Source: Octopus vulgaris (lineage: Eukaryota). Taken from it: a DNA stretch of 64,000 nt. Numbering within the stretch: the stretch's first letter is position 1; each line of letters starts with the position of its first letter. The stretch covers positions 39,742,001-39,806,000 of the forward strand of contig OX597827.1 of NCBI GenBank assembly GCA_951406725.2, given 5' to 3'. Below the pieces are notes generated by a model, which had not been told where the DNA came from, did not search any database, and saw only the letters and a list, made by a program, of their open reading frames with translations. Made by a program: the position numbers and the translations under genes. Positions 54,901 through 64,000 of this stretch are shown piece by piece.

Positions 54901-56908
54901 CAGATGACACCGACAGTATTTACCAGATAATATGCATTCAACTAGTACATAGTGTTTGAGTGCTTGCTTCATATATTTCCCTTCTGTGTTTGTTTCTTAT
55001 AGTTCAGGTGGAAGGAGGGAGTTAACACTTCTCATCTGCAAAATAGCTTTCAATTTCAGGAGAACAAAAAAATTGTTTTCAAATCATTGATTTTTTTTTT
55101 CTTGAAGCTACCAAGTGTTCAACCAGTAGTTTAATGAAGGGCTGGTAGAAAATAACAAGATGCCATTGACGAGAGGTGGGGGCACACATTTAAAAACCAA
55201 ATCTTCAATATGAAAGCAGTGATTATAATAACTGTTTCTGATTTTTGTACAAAGGGGAGAGGGGTTAGTCAATTACATCAACCCCAGTTCATGACTGGTA
55301 CTTTATTTTATCAACCACAGAAGGATGAATGACAAAGTTAACTTCAGTAAGATCCGAACTGAGAATGTAAAGAGCTGAAATAAATGTCACAAGGCATAAG
55401 AATAAACACCACAAGGTATATTTTTCAACACTCTAATGATTCTGCCAAACCACCCCACTCCATCACCACCACCACCATGATTTATAATTTAGGCACAAGG
55501 CCAGCAATTTTGAGGGAGAAGGTTTATCAATTAGATTTCCTCCATTCCCTCAATATTTGACTGCTACTTTGTCAGTCCTAGAGAGCTGAAAGCAAAATGA
55601 ACCTCAGTGGGATTTGAACTTAATACTTAAAGAGCAAGAATGAATCCCCAATACTTCAATCACTTTGCAAAATATTGATTTCAAACAAATACAAAGCCTT
55701 AAATTGTTGAAGAAGGTACAGCTGATATAATGACTCCAGCAATTTACTGGGGCATTTTTGACACCCACACCTTGGATGGATAAGAGCAGAGCGAAGCTCA
55801 TATTTCTATTAACTGTCTCAAACCCTAAATGAGACTATAAAGACAGTTGATACCTCTCTGTTACATTATTTTTGTATTCTTTATAACAGAATTTATTCAT
55901 TTGTAGCATGGAATTAATAAACCTGAATTATTAACAGAAATGTTGGCATATAAGAGAATTCAACAACACAACAGAACTAATAATAATTTATAACATAGCA
56001 ACACCGTCACACATATTTAGATGGGGGTGAGGATTAAGGTTGATTGAATCACCTACCTTGCACTTATTCCATCAACCACCCAGAATAACAATGGGTAGAA
56101 TTTGACCCTAGTGGGATTTCAATATTGAAATGTAAAGGAACATAACTAAAAACTGCAAGGTATCTTTGTCTGTAGCTCAACTGATTCTGTCAGCCACCGC
56201 CTTACATTTTAATTAAGAACAATAATGATATTGCTAGTATCATACCACCATGTTATATAGGGAGAGAGAGAGAGAGAGAGAGAGAATGACAGAAGCAACA
56301 TGCTGTTTCAATATCTGTAACAACAAGCTAAGTGTTAAAACCTTGTTACATATATTACATATATTGTAATATCCATAAATTAGCCAGTTACCATTATTAA
56401 ATGATAATGTTGATTTCGAGATTGAGAGGGTGAGAATGGGAAGGTGGAAGTGGGAGAGAACTGACATTTTTATAATACTCAAAACCATGCACACACACAT
56501 CACACATACCACACCCTCTTGAAATATACATTTAAATACAAAAATAAATTTTAAAAAAAGAAAAAAGTACAAATGTAAAATTCAGAATTTAATTATATTG
56601 TATCTACAGAGTCTTTAAGTATTCGTTTAAGATGGTGCTATGATGGGAAAAGTATTCACGCATACAACCAATCATAACAAACACACAAGTCCTTTGAAGT
56701 TTATGGGAAGAAATGAGCAGGAAAGAGGATGCTGTGGTACTACTGCTACACTGTTCATCAAGGACATTAGCAAAAGAAATGCATATATACACATATATGT
56801 ACCCATACATATATATGCACACACAAACATATATATATATATATACATACATACATAAGTATATACACATACATATATATACATAATGGACATATATGCA
56901 CACATAAA

Positions 56909-56950
<42 letters not shown>

Positions 56951-57132
56951 AATCTACATGCATCTACATACATATATTTATATATACATAAATCTACATG
57001 TATGTAAATATATATATGTACATATCTATATGTATATATATATATATACATAACTCTACATGTATGTACATATATATATATATAACACTATATGTATGTG
57101 CATATGTATATACATAAATCTACATGTACGTA

Positions 57133-57273
57133 CATCATCATCATCATCATCATCATTTAGCGTCCGTATTTCCATGCTAGCATGGGTTGGACGGTTCTGC
57201 TGGGGTCTGTGAAGCCAGAAGGCTTCATCAGGCCCAGTCAAATCTGGCAGTGTTTCTACGGCTGGATGCCCTT
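57133..57273 (-). mobile_element. RTE 3' tail inserted in TA/CA-rich simple repeat
   Basis: (CAT)n TTTAGCGTCCG..CCATGCTAGCATGGGTTGGACGG..GGCTGGATGCCCTT. Confidence 0.85.
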
Positions 57274-57307
57274 GTACATATATATATACATAACTCTACA
57301 TGTATGT

Positions 57308-57352
<45 letters not shown>

Positions 57353-57356
57353 ACTC

Positions 57357-57404
<48 letters not shown>

Positions 57405-57841
57405 CATAAATCTACACGCATGTTCATACATACATGCATACATACATACATACAATCAGAATACACACAGATATACAAATACATATATCAAAAATATAAG
57501 TGGATCTCCATCTGCTTTGGAAATGAGCCTTCCACTTGTTTGATTAATAGGATTTAACTAGTTTAAAATTATAATCTAAATGGTTGAATATTCCTCAGAC
57601 ACTTGTAGTCTCACTGTAATACTCAAGCAAATCAACATAAGACATTAATATGAAACACGCAGCCTTTTTGTAATTAAGATTCAGACCATTTTATGAACTT
57701 TGGTCCTTCCATTTTCGCTCAAAAGGCTCGAGTTGAATTAAAGGCATGGTCAAAGGCATTGAAGTCGCCTCACGATGAGATCGAACCCAATATATTGAGC
57801 TTGCAAAAAGAACATCTTAATCACCCAGTTACGTGTATGGC

Positions 57842-57925
<84 letters not shown>

Positions 57926-58048
57926 AGTCTGTCTCAAGCCTAGAGGCCCATTAATCCGGAGCTTAGCTCGGTTTCCATGGCGTTTAACTGACTGAGAATA
58001 TATGATACAGGCATAAATGTACAAACGTAGGTTGTGTGTGTGCGCACG

Positions 58049-58089
<41 letters not shown>

Positions 58090-58224
58090 GAATATAAATA
58101 GTAAGTGTATGTATGTACGATAGATAGATAGATAGATAGACAGCCAGACAGGCACACATACGCGTGCGTATATATATATATATATATACACTCCCCCCTC
58201 TCTCTCTCTCTCACACACACACAC

Positions 58225-58272
<48 letters not shown>

Positions 58273-58864
58273 CTGAGAGAGGGGAATACATATACACATG
58301 TATTCAAAACAGATTTATACACACAAGTATAAATACGTAAATATATACCCATACCTCTGATGCACACACACATACATACTTGTATACATTTATTCTTCAT
58401 ACATACAAAAAACATACACACAAAAAAAGTTCACCTTTTATGCCTCCTCTTCGTTCTCAATTATATAAGTACACATATTTACTTTTAAATTACATATATA
58501 TTTTTTTTATGGATATCACATCTTAACACTGTAATAGCTTTGACAATTAAAATATATTCTGCATACATTTACAGACAATATGTGCGATGCATTTCAACAA
58601 GACATATTCCAATGTATGCGAGTGCTTCTGCAGATTTGTGGGGTTTATATTTTTGCTAAACCTACGTATAGTTACCCATAAATTAGACAATTTGTATAGA
58701 TCTAACGACATGAAATCAAGTGTGTGTGGGTGTGTGTGTACGCGCGTATGTATGTATGTATGTATGTATGTATGTATGTATGTATGTATGTATGTGTGTG
58801 TGTGTGTGTGCGATCGTGAGTATGTTTGTCTTAAAATTTTTAATTAACCACACAAGGTAGTAAT

Positions 58865-59420
58865 GAAATAGGGGGACAGTTTACAGAACATTGGCAACGA
58901 TAAATTAATCCCCCACTTACCGACCATAGCAGCAGAAGCAGACTACTTGTGACCACGAAATAAGGGAACAGTTCACAAGTGGTTGACAACGTAAAATTGA
59001 TCCCCCATTTATCGTCAATAGCAGAAGACTGTAGTTACTTTCTCTTTCTAACAGCATTTTATTTTACTTATTTTTAGGCATTTCCAAAAATAATGAAATG
59101 TGAATTTTAAAAAACCAACGACTACCTTGATTGACTTTTTAAAAGGTGAAACTCTCATAACACTTGGTTGATTAATTTTTTGTTTCTATCGTTTTCTTTC
59201 TGTTTCGCTTATTTTTAACATACGAAGTGGCCATAAAGTCAAGGAACATTTTACGTAAAATCAACAACCTGAAATTAGTCCCCCACTTATGAACTATAGC
59301 AGAAGACTTCTTGCTGGTCATGAAATAGGGGATCAGCTTATAATGAGATTACAACTGAAAATCAGTCCCCCATTAACCGACCTCAGCAACAGACCGCGCA
59401 GTGCTACTTTCTCTTTCTCG
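58865..59420. repeat. Local repeat, four diverged units of about 90 bp arranged as two pairs
   Basis: An AAATTRRTCCCCCAYTTA..TAGCAG motif occurs near 58902, 58995, 59272 and 59359. Each pair ends in TACTTTCTCTTTCT. Confidence 0.75.
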
Positions 59421-59639
59421 TTTTCTTTTCCTGCTCGTATTTTTCGTTTTGTTTTTGTCTTTAATTAGATGTTAAATGTTTTGTTCTAAAAGAAGAATGC
59501 GAAGACACACAAAACGAATAAATACTGGTGGCTTAAAGTTTTTGGTATTTGCCGTGTTTTCTCTCTCTTTCACTCTCTCTCTGTCTCACTCTTTCATTTC
59601 GTATTAAAATGGATATATGTATATTGACACTTTACTTAC

Positions 59640-59910
59640 CTGAACCTGCTAAAAAGAGTCACGGCATCTTGTTTTAAAACAAAAATTAAATTTAGTAGGT
59701 AAAGATAGTCCAGAGTAGGTAGCAGCAACAAGAGTAGAAGCCGACGTAATTCCACTGTGCTGCTGCATTCGCCATGACAGACAGGCAAAAGGGAAGAAAG
59801 AGGGTGGGGGTGGTGATTATTATCATAATTGATGCTGAGCAACAGTAGGCAGTTTAGTGGGAGAACAATCACCGCCGCCGCCGTCGCGCTAATGATACGC
59901 GGTAGCAACG
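59640..59910 (-). promoter_or_regulatory. Candidate CpG-rich first (5' UTR) exon and promoter of a minus-strand gene
   Basis: Clearest non-TE CpG cluster in the window (GCGCGACGGCGGCGGCGG), preceded by (CT)n and ending in a perfect CAG|GTAAGT at 59640/59639. It contains short uORFs. The 5' boundary is approximate. Confidence 0.5.
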
Positions 59911-60297
59911 AGAGAGAGAGAGAGAGAAAGAGATCAGGTGAAGTCTGAACGACTGAGAGATGGAGGTAGATAGACAGGGAAAAAAATACGTAAAGATTGA
60001 TAAGGATGTGCGTGTATATGTATGTATGTATGCTTGTATGTATGTATGTATGTATGTATGTTTGTATGTATGTTTGTATGTATGTATGTATGTTTGTATG
60101 TTTGTATGTATGTTTGTATGTATGTATGTATGTATGTATGTATGTATGTATGTATGTATGTATGTATGTATGTATGTATGTATGGGTGATGTGTGTGTGA
60201 GCTGTGTATCCATATACGAATGCGTGTCTTTAGCTTATATATAAATTTATACATACACACACACACAAATATGTGTGTATATGTATGTATGTGTATG

Positions 60298-60346
<49 letters not shown>

Positions 60347-60350
<4 letters not shown>

Positions 60351-60795
60351 CAAAACAGGAAATTCGAAAAATTTTTGGTATTATCTATTCATCATTACAC
60401 ATGTTTCATTTGTTAATAGGAGTTACAAGTTGTGTGTGTGTGTGTAGATGTGTATGTGTTGTGTGTGCGAATGCGTGTGTGTGTATGTGTGTGTGTGTGC
60501 ATATATGTATATATTCTCCCTGCAACTATCCATATTGAGACACTTTATCCACATGTAAATTTCGTTTTATTTGATTTTCTGTTTACTCTTTTACTCTTTC
60601 AGTCATTTGACTGTGGCCATGCTGGAGCACCACCTTTAATCGAGCTCATCGACCCCAGGACTTATTCTTTGTAAGCCTAGTACTTATTCTATCGGTCTCT
60701 TTTGCTGAACAGTTACGGGGACGTAAACACACCAGCATCGGTTGTCAAGTGATGTTGGGGAGGACAAACACAGACACACAAACATATACACACAC

Positions 60796-60847
<52 letters not shown>

Positions 60848-61102
60848 TATATACCACAAGCTTCTTTCAGTTTCTGTCTACCAAATCCACTCATAAGGCT
60901 TTGGTCGGCCCGAGGCTATAGTAGAAGACACTTGCCCGAGGTGCCACATAGTGGGACTGAACCCAGAACCATGTGGTTCATAAGCAAGCTACTTACCACA
61001 CAGCCACTTATTTCTCCTACATTTGTAATTCCTGTTTGTAAATGAAACATGTGTAATGATGAATAAATCATACCCAGAAATTTTCTAATCTCGTTTTGAT
61101 AC
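60347..61102. repeat. Diverged inverted repeat pair of about 85 bp (60347-60430 and 61019-61102)
   Basis: GTATCAAAAC..TATTCATCATTACACATGTTTCATTT..TTACAA and its reverse complement. Confidence 0.8.
60583..61008 (-). mobile_element. Young family B SINE
   Basis: Nearly complete head, internal (TA)n and tail, with many CpGs retained. Confidence 0.9.
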
Positions 61103-61448
61103 ATAATTATTCTCTTACTCTGCAAAAAATATTTCCCAGAATTTTCAACTCTTATGCATACCTCACACAAAGATAACATCTACACATACAGATTTGGAAT
61201 ACTAGAATAAGAAGATGTAATTATTGAGGACACAGGTTGGATATAAACCCTATCTACATAATATATATATGCATGTATGTGTGTATATATACACTGCATG
61301 TGTGTATATACACATATATATATGTATATAATTTATATTAGATAGATGATAAATGTATAGATATATATATGTGCATAAACATACATTTATCATATAAACA
61401 TGATAATGATGATATATATATATATATATATATTTATTATATAGAAGG

Positions 61449-61499
61449 AGCTTCTACAGGACTAGTACTGTTTCATTCAAGAGAAATCTTCAGGAAGCT
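61449..61499 (-). ncRNA. Type I hammerhead ribozyme motif
   Basis: Exact reverse complement of 63488-63538. Confidence 0.75.
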
Positions 61500-63074
61500 A
61501 TTTAACAAGAATTGTATTAGCATTTATACATTTAGGCAGGTTTAAAGGAGTGGTGGTGGGGGACTTTTTGGGGGTAGGCATAGCGCAAAATGTCATACTT
61601 GGGGAGTGGTCAAGGAGTCAGTGGTAAGTTAGATGAAAGAATAGATAAATAAAAAAATAAAAAAATAAAAAATAAAAAAATAAAATAAAAAATAAAAAAT
61701 ATAAAAAATATATATAAAAATATATATATAAAATATATATATAAAAAAATATATATATAAAAAAAAGGGGGATAGAGTTATAGGTAAATAAGGAGATTCT
61801 CACTTATACCTATACACACATGTATACGTATCTACACACACATACATACATACACATATATACACACACACACACATACACACACACACACATATATATA
61901 TACACACACATATGTACACACATACATACATACATACACACATACATACATACACACACGCACTCATATACAAATTTATACACATGCACATGCCTATACC
62001 TGTCTACACATACACACACGTATATATGCATACACTCACTCCCATGCATGCACGCATACACACATGTATATATATATATATATATACCCACGACCACACA
62101 TACATATATACACATAAAAATATATATTCATACGCACATACACTCATGCACACACAACACACCTAGTTCCCTATATACACATATTTACACCTATATATAC
62201 ATACACCCACATACACCTATGTACACATATATATATATAAACATATACACGCATACACACATATACATGTGTGCACATACATACATACACACATATATAC
62301 ATACACATACACATACACATGTGTACCTATACATACCTACACATACACACATACATACATACAAATATACATATACATATATATATATACAATCCAATAC
62401 AGGCCCATTCCCTAATTTTAATTTTATTATCTTCATTTATTACTTTTGTTATCTTTGATCGCTAGGGCTAAGAATCCTGGCAATGGCTGCATGTCCATTG
62501 CCAGGATTCTTAGCCCTAGCGATCAAAGATAACAAAAGTAATAAATGAAGATAATAAAATTAAAATTAGGGAATGGGCCTGTATTGGATTGTATATATAT
62601 ATATGTATATGTATATTTGTATGTATGTATGTGTGTATGTGTAGGTATGTATAGGTACACATGTGTATGTGTATGTGTATGTATATATGTGTGTATGTAT
62701 GTATGTGCACACATGTATATGTGTGTATGCGTGTATATGTTTATATATATATATGTGTACATAGGTGTATGTGGGTGTATGTATATATAGGTGTAAATAT
62801 GTGTATATAGGGAACTAGGTGTGTTGTGTGTGCATGAGTGTATGTGCGTATGAATATATATTTTTATGTGTATATATGTATGTGTGGTCGTGGGTATATA
62901 TATATATATATATATATACATGTGTGTATGCGTGCATGCATGGGAGTGAGTGTATGCATATATACGTGTGTGTATGTGTAGACAGGTATAGGCATGTGCA
63001 TGTGTATAAATTTGTATATGTGGGCGGGTGTATGTATGTGTGTATGTAGATATGTATGTATGTGTGTACATATG

Positions 63075-63119
<45 letters not shown>

Positions 63120-63487
63120 ATATATATATGTGTATGTATGTATGTGTGTGTAGATACGTATACATGTGTGTATAGGTATAAGTGAGAATCTCCTTATTTA
63201 CCTATAACTCTATCCCCCTTTTTTATATATATATTTTTTTATATATATATTTTATATATATATTTTTTTATATATATTTTTTATATTTTTTTATTTTTTA
63301 TTTTATTTTTTTATTTTTTATTTTTTTATTTTTTTATTTATCTATTCTTTCATCTAACTTACCACTGACTCCTTGACCACTCCCCCAAGTATGACATTTT
63401 GCGCTATGCCTACCCCCAAAAAGTCCCCCACCACCACTCCTTTAAACCTGCCTAAATGTATAAATGCTAATACAATTCTTGTTAAAT

Positions 63488-63538
63488 AGCTTCCTGAAGA
63501 TTTCTCTTGAATGAAACAGTACTAGTCCTGTAGAAGCT
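63488..63538 (+). ncRNA. Type I hammerhead ribozyme motif
   Basis: AGCTTC-CTGAAGA-T-TTC-TCTT-GAA-T-GAA-ACAG-TACTAGTC-CTGT-A-GAAGCT. Stem I is 6 bp, stem II is 3 bp over a U.U pair, and stem III is 4 bp with palindromic ACTAGT in the loop. The triplet is GUA, with predicted cleavage after 63532. Confidence 0.75.
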
Positions 63539-63621
63539 CCTTCTATATAATAAATTAATTTTACTCTGCTATGTATTGAGTACCTTACTTACTGTGGTTA
63601 ACCCCGAATCAACCCGGGACC

Positions 63622-63664
<43 letters not shown>

Positions 63665-64000
63665 TTGTATGTATATATGTGTGTGTATATATGTATGTGT
63701 ATATATGTGTGTGTGTATGTATGTGTGTATATATGTATGTGTATATATGTATGTGTATATGTGCATGTGTGTATGTTTATAATGTATATATGTGAGTATG
63801 TATATAGAACATACACACACACACTCATACACACAATAGAGAGGGAGGTGGGAAAGAGAGAAACAAGGAGAGAATAAAGTATAGCAGCAAGAGTGACAGA
63901 GATGAATAAAATATAAAGAGGTGAAGTGCAAGACAGGAGGAAAAGTAGAAAAAAAAAAGCAGGAAGAAAAGTGAGAGAGGAGACAGAAAATATTTGTAAT

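Larger units (their letters stand above)
61432..63555. mobile_element. 2.1 kb near-perfect palindrome; Penelope-like non-coding foldback element (right arm extends unpaired to about 63622)
   Basis: Arms 61432-62486 and 62495-63555 with an 8-nt loop CTGCATGT. There is a hammerhead near the outer end of each arm and (TA)n on both flanks. Confidence 0.9.

Noticed and set aside
61019-61102. Hammerhead in the 60347/61019 inverted pair
   Set aside because: GAAACATGT (GAA plus a palindrome) is present, but no CTGANGA core or stem I could be found.
61820-63165. Mirror-image His/Thr/Tyr/Ile ORFs of up to 212 aa
   Set aside because: These are translations of CA/TA simple repeats duplicated by the palindrome.

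Overview
AT-rich, microsatellite-saturated animal DNA. The repeat content (tRNA-derived SINEs with internal microsatellites, RTE tails ending in (ATG)n, Tx1/L1 and R4/Dong remnants) looks like an octopus/coleoid genome; this is an inference from the repeats. No intact protein-coding gene can be supported. Almost every long ORF in the track is a translation of (TA)n, (CA)n, (TACA)n, (TAA)n or (ATC)n. The window is probably the 5' end plus very long intron(s) of a minus-strand gene: there is a CpG-rich candidate first exon at about 59640-59910 with a perfect CAG|GTAAGT donor. Mobile DNA includes SINEs of several families, RTE, Tx1/L1, R4/Dong and CR1-like fragments, an internally deleted mariner nested in a hAT MITE, two more hAT MITEs and a Helentron-like end. 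The main signal is a recurring architecture of non-coding foldback elements that carry type I hammerhead ribozyme motifs and sit in microsatellites. The best case is a 2.1 kb near-perfect palindrome (61432-63555) with a complete hammerhead fold in each arm. Older, sequence-unrelated versions lie at 29051-29599, 15781-15920, 7461-7563 and 45934-46192; the last has a compensatory G3-C8 core. All structures were read by eye and no folding or database search was run.
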